DNA of 64,000 bases, from positions 697,587 through 761,586 of the forward strand of contig NW_003314304.1 in NCBI RefSeq assembly GCF_000143415.4. The letters run 5' to 3'. Below the pieces are notes generated by a model. That model ran no database searches, was not told where the DNA came from, and saw only the letters and a program-made list of their open reading frames with translations. The position numbers and the translations under genes were made by a program. Positions 23,002 through 34,600 of this stretch are shown one piece after another (positions within the stretch are counted from its first letter, which is position 1; each line of letters begins with the position of its first letter). This stretch comes from Selaginella moellendorffii (taxonomy: Eukaryota > Plantae > Lycopodiophyta).

Positions 23002-23649
23002 ATGGTGCGCCCTAGCACTCTGCTCATCCTCTTGTGTGTGGGCTTCCTTCTCTTCCCGATTTTCCAGAGTGTCAATGGAGCTCTAGAACTCATAGACTGC
23101 GCACTCAACGAGCAACGCTGCTGTGCGTTCCCAACAGGTTTGGTTCTCTGGCAATGCTGGGCAAGGATTAGCTACTGGGGAGGCTGCGCTGCACCACCAC
23201 CACCACCACGTCCTCCATCGCCATCACCACCACCAGCACGGTACCCACCTCCACCATCACGCCCACCACTGTCACCCTCCCCACCTCCGCCTTCACCTCC
23301 TCCGCCATCACCTCCGCCACCATCTCCACCACCTCCAACACCGTCCCCACCTCCGCCATCACCCCCACCACCTCCATCCCCACCCCCATCATCACCTCCA
23401 CCACCGTCACCACCCCCACCTTCCCCTCCGCCACCATCACCGCCTCCTCCTCCTTCTCCACCGCCACCATCACCCCCGCCACCGTCGCCTCCGCCGCCAT
23501 CTCCACCTCCTCCTCCTTCTCCGCCGCCACCATCACCCCCGCCACCGTCCCCTCCGCCGCCATCTCCACCACCTCCGCCTTCATCGCATTCCCGTCGTGT
23601 CTCCATTTCTATGATTGCAGTGACTATTATAACATCTCTCTGTTATTAG
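23002..23649 (+). CDS. Extensin-like HRGP: signal peptide, small Cys-rich domain, SP3-5 repeats, hydrophobic (possibly GPI) tail
   Basis: MVRPSTLLILLCVGFLLFPIFQSVNG; DCALNEQRCCAF...WQCWARISYWGGC; ~20 SPPPP repeats; C-terminal RRVSISMIAVTIITSLCY. Confidence 0.8.
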   Translation: MVRPSTLLILLCVGFLLFPIFQSVNGALELIDCALNEQRCCAFPTGLVLWQCWARISYWGGCAAPPPPPRPPSPSPPPARYPPPPSRPPLSPSPPPPSPPPPSPPPPSPPPPTPSPPPPSPPPPPSPPPSSPPPPSPPPPSPPPPSPPPPPSPPPPSPPPPSPPPPSPPPPPSPPPPSPPPPSPPPPSPPPPPSSHSRRVSISMIAVTIITSLCY

Positions 23650-23729
23650 ATGGCTCATTGGAGCTCCAATTTGTATAGCTGAGAGGTTTCCGTTTCGAGT
23701 TGTGAGTCTTTCCTTTGGAATGGAAATCT

Positions 23730-25133
23730 ATGCACAAGGCCACAGTGAATGCTCTCGCGAGGCTCGTCCAATCTTGCAAGAACTTGGAGGAGGGCCGATG
23801 CCTCCACGCCGGGATCAAGCGCACCGATCTCTCCCGCGACTCTTACCTCAACAATCTCTTGATCGCGATGTATGGCCGCCATGGCAGCCCCGCGGACGCT
23901 CGCGACGTTTTCGACAAGCTTGGAGCTTCCACCACTATCTTCAGCTGGAACTTGCTCATCACAGCCTTCGTTTCCAGCGCAAAGACCCAAGATGCCGCGG
24001 CTGCTTTCTCGCGGATGCCACAGCACGACGTTGTCTCGTGGAATGCGGTTCTCTCGGCTTACACCCGATCGGGAAGAACCCCAATGGCTCGCCAACTTTT
24101 CGATTCCATGCCCCAGAGGAGCGTTGTGTCGTGGACAACGATGATCACAGCATATACCGAGTCTAGGCATCTTTCCAATGCAAAGAGTTTCTTCTACAAG
24201 ATGCCTCAGCATAACAAGGTTACGTTTTGCGTAATGTTGCAAGCTCTTACGCAACACGCTGGGTCTAGTCAAGCTAAAGTCTTGTTTGATCGCATGCAAG
24301 AACGAGATAATACAATCTGGAACACCGTTCTCAACGCATATGCCTTGGAAGAAAGCGTTGAGCTTGCGGAAGAGATCCTTGCAAAGATGCCTCTACAGTG
24401 TAAGTTTTCATGGACAATTATGCTCTTGGCATATGCCCGCGCCAGCTTACTCGAGAAAGCGAAACAACTGTTTGATGTCATGGCCGAGAGAGACGTGGTT
24501 TCATGGAACGCATTGCTCCAGGCAAGTGCCGAGACTGGGCTTCTGGAGAAAGTTGTGATACTCTTTGATCGGGTGCCGCAATGCAACATGTCGTCATGCA
24601 ACTCGACGCTCGTAGCTTATGTCCAGTGCGGGTATCTTGATCAAGCACATAAACTCTTCGCGAGGATCCCCGATAGAGACTTAGCGTCCTGGAGCATCAT
24701 GATCCTTGGGTGTGCTGGAAACCGGCAGGAGCGACTGGCACTGGAGCACTTCGGGGAGATGCTGCTCGAGGGGATCAAGTGCGACGAGATCACGATGCTG
24801 GGGGTCTTGTCAGCGTGCAATCACTTGGGTCTAATCCAGGAAGGAGTGAGCTACTTTGTGATGATGGTGGCAGAGCTCGGGATTGATCCGTTCGTGGAGC
24901 ACTTCAGCAGCCTAGTGGATCTTCTCGCGAGAGTCGGGCAGCTGAGAGAAGCTCACGACTTGCTGAGAAACATGCCGTTCGTGCCGGATCCAGCGGCGTG
25001 CTGCTCCATGCTGGGCGCTTGCAGGACTCACGGCGATGTGGAGCTGGGAGCTTACACGGCTGCAAACGAGGAGTTTGGGATCGAGCCACACCATCCATCG
25101 CCATATCTCTTGCTCTCGAGCATGAAGCACTGA
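23730..25133 (+). CDS. PLS-class PPR protein with E domain, no DYW
   Basis: Intronless. LNNLLIAMYGRHG, DVVSWNA motifs, CDEITMLGVLSACNHLG, EHFSSLVDLLARVG, MLGACRTHGDVELG, PYLLLSS. Confidence 0.9.
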   Translation: MHKATVNALARLVQSCKNLEEGRCLHAGIKRTDLSRDSYLNNLLIAMYGRHGSPADARDVFDKLGASTTIFSWNLLITAFVSSAKTQDAAAAFSRMPQHDVVSWNAVLSAYTRSGRTPMARQLFDSMPQRSVVSWTTMITAYTESRHLSNAKSFFYKMPQHNKVTFCVMLQALTQHAGSSQAKVLFDRMQERDNTIWNTVLNAYALEESVELAEEILAKMPLQCKFSWTIMLLAYARASLLEKAKQLFDVMAERDVVSWNALLQASAETGLLEKVVILFDRVPQCNMSSCNSTLVAYVQCGYLDQAHKLFARIPDRDLASWSIMILGCAGNRQERLALEHFGEMLLEGIKCDEITMLGVLSACNHLGLIQEGVSYFVMMVAELGIDPFVEHFSSLVDLLARVGQLREAHDLLRNMPFVPDPAACCSMLGACRTHGDVELGAYTAANEEFGIEPHHPSPYLLLSSMKH

Positions 25134-25454
25134 GATAGATTCCACAAGCTTAGTAACTGGGATAACAAATTTAGTACCTTAAACGTAAGAAAATCGAAGC
25201 TCTTGGCTCCAGGGAGTTGATACTTTGAAATGCAACATCATACAAGTCTGCCAACTTTTGGAAGTGAAGCCTGGCTCCAAGTACGAGTGGAAGTATTACA
25301 CGGCAAAAGAAGAGTTCTCACCTGTACAACTATCTTGTACGAGGTTCTTCTTTGCCATGTATTGTTTTGATGATATCCTGGACTTGGAGAAAGCCAAACC
25401 ATTCTTCTTCTTTGGTTGAGAAATCTAGCTCCATATCCGGGACAGCTTCTTTAA

Positions 25455-26655
25455 TACACGGCAGCGGCATTGGTGAATGCCAAGTTCTTGGAGACCTGGA
25501 TGGAAGCGAAGGTATGGGAAGGAGCTGTGGATGCAACACGGCAGTGTCGAAAGCCTTTGTGTCTCTTCTCAAGTGGTGCATACAAGAGAATAATCTACAC
25601 AAGTTCGTCGCGTGCACGGCTTTGTTTCCGCGAGGCATCCCGGCTGCGCTGAAGACCAGTTCGTGGGAAACACGATACTACAGGCATATGATCTAGCTCA
25701 TAAGGTGTTTGCGGGCATCTGGAACAGAGATCTATTCTCGTGGCCGCGGTTTCTGTGCAGAATGGGCAGTTTGCCGAGGCGTTGTTGCTGTTTACACGGA
25801 TCGAGTAAAGTGACTTGCGTCACTGTTGCTTTTTTCTGCCTCGTTCTTGCTTGCTCTAGTGAGAAAGATGTTCCAGAAGGAATTGCCACTCACAGACTGA
25901 TCGAAGAGTGCGAGCTTGCTTCCAACGAACCCTTGTGCAACTCGCTCCTGAACACCGAGCTTGGGAGACTAGAGGGCGTTCGGGAAATTTTTGAAAAGAT
26001 GGCGAACAAGAACGTGATCTCCTGGATGTCCATCGCCTCGGTCCTGCGCCGCCATTCGCCTGGGCGAGAAGAGGCTGTGCGCGGCAATCCTTCGCAGCCG
26101 CCTCCAGTGTCGCCCGGCTGCACACAGATCGAGTGCTCTCACTGCCTGCTCGAGCATTCCTGCTTCAGTGCAAGGCAAGCTCCTCTACCGGGAACTTCTG
26201 GAGAGCAGTGGCCTGGAAGACGATGCGGTGCTCACGACCGCATTGCTCGACATGTACGCCAGCTACGGAGGCCTGGAAACTGCCGAGAGGTTTCTCTGGG
26301 ACATGGTTTTCAAGGACGAAGTCACGTGGACTGCGATGATCGCTGGATATGTGCGCAGCGATCTAGAAAGCCGTGGAGCTCTTCCGGGAGATGCTGGCAA
26401 ACAGCTTGAGCCCCGGGGCCATGACGTTTGTCCACTTGTTCTCGGCGGAGTTGTGGTGGTACCTTTATATGATGCTTGAGGACTACAAGCTGATGCAGGA
26501 GCTGGATCACCAGGTCTGTGATTGATCGGCTTGCTGGGACGGCTCAACAGGGCCGATGAACTGATCCAAACCCGGCCTGGAGGACGCTGCTTTTGGCTTG
26601 CAAGACGCACAACAAGAAGGATCGAGCGGACCGAGCGGCAAAGAAGAATAATAGC
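25455..26655 (+). pseudogene. Degenerate PLS-PPR remnant (mosaic repeat family member)
   Basis: Frameshifted PPR motifs (KNVISWMSI, TALLDMYASYGG, DEVTWTAMIAGY, ACKTHN); homologous to 33700..34520 and, inverted, to 59100..59960. Confidence 0.8.
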
Positions 26656-26661
26656 AGTCCA

Positions 26662-27884
26662 CGGCCGTGGCACCAGTCGAAGAATTGGATCGTCGCCTCC
26701 ACGTCCCTGGCCAGGGACGTGGTTGAGCACATCCACCACAATGTCCGTGTTGAGCTTGCCGCAGTACTTGTGGAGCTTGTGCTTGCGCACCTTTTCCATC
26801 TCCATTTCGAGGATCTCCAGGAGCTCCTGTGCCTTAGCCGAGATCACCAGTTGCCTAAACCTCGCCATTGCCAGAGGGTTTGTCTGCAATCCCTGGTTGA
26901 GAGCTCTTCCAGCTTGATCTTTCTTGCTCCTTGATCACCATTGCCGTGCCCTGGCATTGGATTATGATAGATTCCGGCCATGGGGCTTGATTGAGCCGCA
27001 TTCCCATCATTGATTTGCTACTACAAGGCCATGTTGGAATCAATTGTCCGGGAGAAGGAACAACTCACTAATTGGTATAGTGCGATGCCAGCTCGTCACC
27101 TCACGGCGGCCTCAATTTATACTGATAAACTCTAAATTTTAATTGCAAGAACAAAAAATTTTCGATTGCGCCATGGCCATGGAAAAAAGCTACAAAATTA
27201 TGCATGCATTGAACTTAATTGGCTGCAACGGCTTTGGCTCTAGCTCCAGCTCCAGCTCCAGTTTTGGATTGTGCTGCTGCTGCTGCTAAGACCAGAGTTA
27301 AAGCTATTGTAGCCGATCAAGTTCAATGCACGCATAATTTTGTAGCTTGTTTCCATGGCTATGGTGCAATAAAAAATTCTTTGTTCTTGCAATCGAAATT
27401 TAGGGTTTATCAGTATGAACGATCCATAGAGGCTGCCGTGAGGTGACAAGTCGGCATCACACTACACCAATCCATGAGTTTGTCCTTCTCCCGGACAATC
27501 ATTTTTAACACGGCCTTGCAGTAACGAATTGACGATGGAAATGCGGCTCAATTGAGCCTTATGGTAGGAATCGATCATAATCCAGTGCCAAGGCATAACA
27601 GTGGTGATCAAGGAGCAGGAAAGATCAAGTTGGAGGAACTCTCCTTTAAGCCAGGGATCACGGATAAGCCCTCCAGCAATGGCGAGGTTTACGCAACTAG
27701 CGATTTCAACTGAGGCACAGGAGCTCCTGAAGATCCTTGAGACAGAGATGGAAGAGGTGTGCAAGCATAAACTCCACAAGTACAGTGGCAAGCTCAACAT
27801 GGACATCGTGGTGGATGTGCTCAACCATGTCCCTGGCCAGGGACGTGGAGGCGATGATCCAATTCTTCAACTGGTGCCAAGGCT
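26662..27884. repeat. Long inverted repeat (arms ~26662..27242 and ~27290..27884, ~47-nt spacer) derived from the 5' region of a PPR gene
   Basis: Arms are reverse complements: minus ORF AMARFRQLVISAKAQELLEILEMEMEKVRKHKLHKYCGKLNTDIVVDVLNHV versus plus ORF AMARFTQLAISTEAQELLKILETEMEEVCKHKLHKYSGKLNMDIVVDVLNHV. Mismatches are mostly transitions. Confidence 0.93.
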
Positions 27885-28969
27885 GCCATGGCTACATGCA
27901 CATGGCATTTGCCTTTAACTGGCTTCTTGAGTTCTTGGTGAACAAGCAGCAGTACAAGCACGCGCACCAGATGCTCATCGCCCAGAGCAAGCCAAGCTCG
28001 TTCCAGGCGAATGCTTTCACGTACTCGACCATCGTCCGCAGCTACTGCAAGGATGGCGAGACAAGGCAGGCAAGCTCTGGCACTCCTGGAACACATGAAG
28101 AAGGCGGAGGTTCCAGCCAACGCGAAGCTCTACAACATCATTCTCACGCATCTGTGCAAGCATGGGAAGGAGAAGGAGGCACTCGACTTGCTCCACTCCA
28201 TGGCGACGACTTCGTGCGCTCCCGACATCTACACGTACAACATTCTCATCAACGCGTTGTGCAAAGTCGGGAGGCTCGAGGACGCACAGGGCCTGGTGGA
28301 GGGACTGTCCGACGGATATCGTCACCTACAACACGCTCATCCATGGACTGTGCCGCAAAGGCAACGGGAGGTTCCGGGTGGAGAGAGCCTTCCAGCTGTT
28401 TGAGGAGATGGTTGACAAGGGCCACACCCCGACGTCCGTGACTTACACCCTGGTGATCGACGCACTGAGCAGGCGCAGAAGGTGCTGGATCTCATGCACG
28501 AGAACGGCTGCGCTTTCGATCTCATCACGTACAACATGCTCATCAATTGCTTCGCCAAGGCCGGGATGATGGACAAGGCGATGGATTTGTTCGTGGAGAT
28601 GCCAACCAGGGGCTGCATTCCGGACGTTGTGACTTACAACTCCATCGTCGACGGGTTTTGCAAGGCCGGGAAAGTTGAGGAAGCCAACAAGCTCTTCGCG
28701 GAGATGATGCGTATCTCGTTGAGATGAGAAAGGAGGGACTGGTGGATGCGATCTCGTACGTAGCTCTGATCAGCACGATTTGCAAGCTCGGGAAAGGGAA
28801 GCTGGGATTTCAGCTGCTGCGAGAGATGCTGGAGAAGGGATTCAAGCCAAACCTCGTCACCTTCAACGTTGTCTTCGAGGGGCTCAGCAAGGAAAGCAAC
28901 ACCGACGACGCCAAGATCACGATCCAGGAGCTGAGGCAGCAACGCAGCTCACCCCCATCAAATAAGTAG
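27679..28969 (+). pseudogene. P-class PPR pseudogene
   Basis: 35-aa P motifs (PDIYTYNILINALCKVGRLEDA, PDVVTYNSIVDGFCKAGKVEEA, PNLVTFNVVFEGLSK) split across frames by several frameshifts. Confidence 0.88.
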
Positions 28970-29244
28970 CGGGGATGCAAAACAGTGAGCATCGTGTGAG
29001 GAAAGTTTGCAGTTTCTTCTAACGAGGATTTCTGTCAGGTGTCACTTCAACAAGTTCCGCCAAAATTAAACACGGGAAGAATGACTTGGCAAACAGTGAG
29101 CTTCTGCTTGATTCATTTTGACTGTTTTTGCTAATCTTTCCGTGTTTTGGTCGTGGGAAGTTTCAGCCGTCGAGAAGCTTCGACTATAGCTTCTTTTGCG
29201 TTTTTTACTCTGATGCTATGACAAAGAAGAACTCCTTTTTGCAA

Positions 29245-31437
29245 GGTCCTAGAATGACATCCGCAACAGATCTCTGGCACTCAGGGATTGATAAATGGCT
29301 GCACGAGATCATGGTATTGTCCCTTCTCGCCCCTCGATTTCAGCTCACTGGATTCTTCTTTTTTTTTCAGGATCTTTCAGAGCACTGACAGCTGCGATCT
29401 CGAACAGAGCTTTGCACCAGCAGGATCGGGAAAGGAAGTTGGGTTTCAAACCTTTGAGGATCATGGTCTAGGAGCTGAGACAACAGCATAAACAAGTAGC
29501 TCTGGTGAGTTTCGTTTGAAAAAATTTCCGATATTTCACAGGTATCCAAGCTGGCTTTTTTTTCTCTATTCGTTTTGTTAATCAGGATATCACAGGACCA
29601 TTGTCTTCTGTATGGAAGGAGTGAGTTTCGTGGTGTGTAGAGTTCGGCGTTGACACGACTGGAGATTGGCGGGTCCAGTTCTCGAAGAACGGGACTTCCA
29701 CAGGCTGAGGTTTTGCCTTCTCAAAATCAGAAGGCTCTTGTTTTTCTGATCTCTAATTCCAGGCTAACTTTCGAGACGCTTCGGAAGCTGCGAGGGGGGC
29801 CAAGAGTATGCGCGAAAACGAGTGACGGCCCTCGTTTTCGCGCATTCTCTTGGGAATAATGTGTTCAGATATTTTCTGGAATGGTTGAAACAAGAAGTAC
29901 CGCCCAAACTGTACACCACTTGGATCGACGATCACATTTTCACGTATCATGCTCTAGGTGAGATTGGCGGATTGTGAACCTTCTTACCAGCAATGCTATC
30001 TCTTGCAGGTGCTCCTTTTCTAGGAGCTCCAGATGCTCTGGTTACTTCGTTTTGATAGGGTGCAGCTCGAATCATGCTTAGAACTTTCAGTTCCGGTTTG
30101 TGGATGTTGCCGTTTTCTGACAACAAACCACTGTCTCAAAGGAATACGACCAAAACCGAAGGCTTAGTTGCTCCAGACTGGCCTGTCAACGTGCTTGAGG
30201 TGGACATGCCAAGTTCTGGTAACAAACGAATGGCTTATTAATGCGTTATCCAACTTTTGTCCACTTTGGCAAGGGTGGTCTATCCTGGTGAGTCTTTGGA
30301 AAACGGAGCCCTTGCAGCTCTAGCAAATTACACAGTTCCTATCCAGCGGTTTTATTCAGCTCAGAAAATATCGGATGGCACAAGCCTCAAGGAGATGGGT
30401 GAATTTGATCCTCAAGCTAAACTGGCTTTCTATCAGCTCAAGAAGTGTGTGATTACTAAACTACTTCCTAATTCTCAGATACTACTTGGATAATCATGGG
30501 AGCGGCCGCCGATCGAAAATGTGTTTTGCATGTATGGTATCAATCTTAAGACTGAGGTTAGTCCTCTTTGAAAACCTTATAGTGGAAAGATTGAGTTGTG
30601 AAATCCAGGTTGGCTATCAACTGTCTCCGAGTGGAAAGCCGTACCCAATTATCAAGGATGTCATCTATGAAACAGATGGAGGTTCGTTGCAGACAAGGTA
30701 AGCACTTTGTAAACAAGATCATTTCTAAAAACCATTGCAACAGGTCAGGATTAGATGTCGATGGAAATGGTGGTGTTGCGAGTGGTGATTCCACAGTGAG
30801 TTATCTTACAAACTTCTGTTCTTGATGGCCTACATGTTTTCATATGCTTAGGTACCATACCACTCTCTTTCTTGGTGCAAGATATGGCTGAGTCCACGCG
30901 TGAACATCACAAGAGCTCCTCAAGTAAATATGTCATTTGCTGGTTTCATTCTTTCAAGCCTGATGATTTCTGTGATTTCTAGACTGCACACAAAGGTTCA
31001 GACATTCAAGAGGTTTTAGACGTGGAACACGAACATGGAGGTGATCTTGTATACAACGGGAGCCGAGACAGTCGAATAAAATACATCACATACTATGAGG
31101 ACACTGTTGGACTGACAGGGAAGAAAACCGCTGTTTGGGAGTTTGACAAAAGTAATGACCTGCGAACCTCCTGGCTGCTGATAATTCTACATGTGATCAC
31201 AGGAATTTGGTCCGCTCGCCTGTTCTACTCAGGGAACTGCCACTAGAAAACGTTCACAATTCCCACCCACAAGCATTGAGAAGCTTCGTCTCCAAAGGTC
31301 AGCCCTCGAAGTAACGCCATTTTCTCTGTAACTTAGACCGGTTGTTGCAGCTAGACGAGAACCCATGCGAGACGAGGACTGCTATTGGGACTACTCAAAG
31401 GCAAAGTGCGGCCTTTTGGATTATTGCGAATACAGGT
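29245..31437 (+). pseudogene. PSAT1: Phospholipid:sterol O-acyltransferase (LCAT-like) fragment with introns, disrupted
   Basis: Exons give SGKPYPIIKDVIYETDG, ASGDST|VPYHSLSWCKIW, VEHEHGGD..RIKYITYYEDTVGLTGKKTAVWEFDK and MRDEDCYWDYSKAKC..YCEYR, matching the PSAT1 C-terminus. No intact 5' end; stops and frameshifts present. Confidence 0.8.
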
Positions 31438-31560
31438 CGTCTCCATGGCGCTTCATCCAGGAGCTCGATCTGGCCACCAGTGGCTTCTGCGAGGAAGGAC
31501 TCCAAGACCCGCGAAGGTGGCTATGGCGTCGTCTTGACCCGGATGCCGATGGACGGATTC
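31438..31560 (+). pseudogene. Short receptor-kinase juxtamembrane/subdomain I fragment fused to the PSAT remnant
   Basis: RFIQELDLATSGFCEE followed, frameshifted, by EGGYGVV. Confidence 0.45.
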
Positions 31561-31696
31561 TTCACCGGACGACACACAACACGTGAGTCTTTCTCGCTCG
31601 GAGTGCCCAGATCTTGTCTAAACCCCTGGTAAGGAAAATCCTACTCCAGGCGTACCGTCAGCAGCACTTTCTTTCATGCCATGCCCGGGAAGAATG

Positions 31697-34600
31697 TAGT
31701 GACTTAGAATGCGATTCCTTGAGGAAATGCCCAGATGGGGCAAATATCCGTAAATTCCAGAGTGGCACGTAGTTTTGGATTCTCAAAAGTTGCAAAGATC
31801 AGCGAAGCAAGAAACTAGTTCGAGCCGAGATTCTGTGTCATGGAATGTAAGCTGGAGATTTTCACGAAGAAAAGAAGTGCACAAAAGGAGAATTGCACAC
31901 TGATGACGTGGACTGGAATGGTGAAACCGATTAATTGCACAATCTCTTGATTCATTGCCTCAAAGAAGCCTTGTGTCGTGGACAATTTTCCTAAGAAACA
32001 CTTTGCTATCAGGAATTCCTGGGAAGGGCCAAAAGAATGTGTTTGCTGAGAGAGACAGCATTCCTTGGAACGCTATGATCTCTGCATATGCCTAACCAGG
32101 GCATGTATCGACTCACGACCATGGGGCCGGCGCTAAGTTCCACAAGCTGCTAAAAAGATGGCATGTTTGTTCCAGATACAGCAGTCCTAGGACTGGCTTC
32201 CTTGTCCAATATCACTCTCTCTAAGCAAAGATGGAAGCCTTCTAACATATATATATATACAAAAGATCACATCATTTTTATTATAGGGTACACAAAAGAT
32301 GGTAGAAAGTTCAGAAAGTTTTACAAGCTGCTAAGAAGATGGCATGTGTTGTGGTCGTACTGTCCAATATCACTCTCTCTAAGTGCCCGGTGAACGACTC
32401 ATATATGTTATTTTTATTTTAGGGTTCATCTCAACCTAAACTTTTGCATCAAAATGACAAAAGATGGCATTCTCCAAGTAGAAAGTTTAGAAAGTTTTAC
32501 TGCAGCTTGATCTTCTATAGTGTTGGAGCACCAACACAAGCTATTCATCTCTTCCTTGAATTTATCTTTACTCACATAAATACCATGAGGATATTGAAAT
32601 CTGTACCACAAACCTGATTCACTGCATTCAAAAGTAACATTGTGATTTCTAAAGTCAATAATTGCCAAGTGCTCGTCAAGCCAATCTTTTCCAAGAAATA
32701 TGCTTTCAGAGGAGTGTTTAATAACACTGAATGCTCTCTTCTCAAAAAACTTTCCAAAGTTATAAGATAAATCTTTAACTCCATAACCTTTGTCCAATTG
32801 ATCAATTGCAATTGGCCATAGTGAAAAATACTTTTGATTGTGAACTGAAGGGAGATGAAGTTTCTTGACAAGATCAAGTGATATAGCTGATATGTCACAA
32901 CCATTATCTATTTCGATTTTTGTTTTGCAGTCATTGATTCTCCCAGAGTAATACAGATCATGAAACGTATTACATATATGTTGATTTATCCTTTTAAACC
33001 TTTTTAACCGTATCACCAATTAAACAATATACGATACCATCTATCTCAAATGTTATTATCCTTTTACAACCATTGTAATCTAATTGTAAGCAATGGTAAT
33101 ATATCTAGGGTGAACTCAACACTATATCAATATTTAAAACAATTGGTAATGCTGTGAAAATTTCTTTAAATTCGCAACCCTGTATTATAAATTTAAAATC
33201 CTTAACCTGCCAATTTCTATCCACTGTAATGTTGAATTCTTCTACTAATTTTCGTGAGATAGCATTTCAGTAACAACTAAAATTTCACATAATTTTAATT
33301 TTTCTTTCAACCTCAAACTTTCCAACCAATTGTTTGCCATATAACTCTAGAAATTTTTGGCAAGAATAAACCCTTTTATATTGATCTTATTTAAAAGAAA
33401 TCCCTTTAAGAAAATTCTTGTTTTACGTTTGCGACCACCACAGCAATTGCAACCGACAGACGCCATGGTCAACAACGTGCCGTACAACCTCCTGGACCGG
33501 GTTGACTGCGAGGGTATGATTTTCTTCTCCTCGTCGCATGGTCTATGTATTCCTAGCACTGCAAAGAAGTCGTCGCTATTTTACAGCCCCTCGGATTGCC
33601 TCACCGGGAGCGCAAGCCATCATCCTGATTGGGGAGGACCACGGATTGTTCCTGGGGAATAGAGCTTGCTCCAGAATATATATGAGGTTGCGGCGGATTC
33701 GACATACGGCAGCGGCATCTGTGAATGCCGAGTTCTTGGAGACCTGGATGGAAGCGAAATTATGGAGATCTCTCGCAAGCCGTGGATGTCAACACGGCAG
33801 AGTCGCGAGCCTTTGTGTCTCTTCTCAACAAGAGAATAATCTAGCACAAATTCGTCGCATGCACAGCTTTGTTTCCGTGAGGCCTCCCGGCTGCGCTGAA
33901 GACCAGTTCATGGGAAACACGATACTACAGGCATATTGGGAAGCTTGATCTAGCATATAAGGTGTTTGCGGGCATCTGGAGCAGAGATCTTTTCTCGTGG
34001 TAGCAGCTTCTGTGCAGAATGGGCAGTTTGCCGAGGCATTGTTGCTGTTTATACAGATCGAGTAAAGCTACATCCGGTGACTTGTGTCACTGCTACTTTT
34101 CTCTGCCTCGTTCTTACTTGCTCTCGCTGACTGATTGAAGAGAGCGAGTTTGGGAAATTTTTTAAAAGATCACATGCTTTTCAAGGATGAAGTCACGTGG
34201 ACTGCGATGATCGCAGGATATGTGCGCAACGATCACAACGAGAAAGCCGTGGAGCTCTTCCAGAGACGCTGGCAAAGGGCTTGAGCCCTGGGGCCGTGAC
34301 TTTTGTCCACTTGTTCTCGGCGGCTCCGTGGAAGAGTCATGGTGGTACCTTTATTTATATGGGAGGACTACAAGCTGGAGCTGGATCACCAGGTCTGTGA
34401 TTGATGGGACGGCTCGACGGGTGATCCAAACCAGGCCTGAAGGATGCTGCTTTCGGCTTGCAAAAAGCACAACAAACAAGGTTCGAGTGGACCAAGTGGC
34501 AAAGAAGAATAATATAGAGCTCGTTCTAGGATGTGCTCCCATCCTTTCTAATTTAAACTTTCCATTTTAAAGTTGTGGAAAAAATGTCCCCAAAAGAAAA

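Noticed and set aside
23123-23614. His-rich, Gly-rich and Val/Glu-rich ORFs
   Set aside because: Alternative frames and antisense of the SPPPP-encoding repeats.
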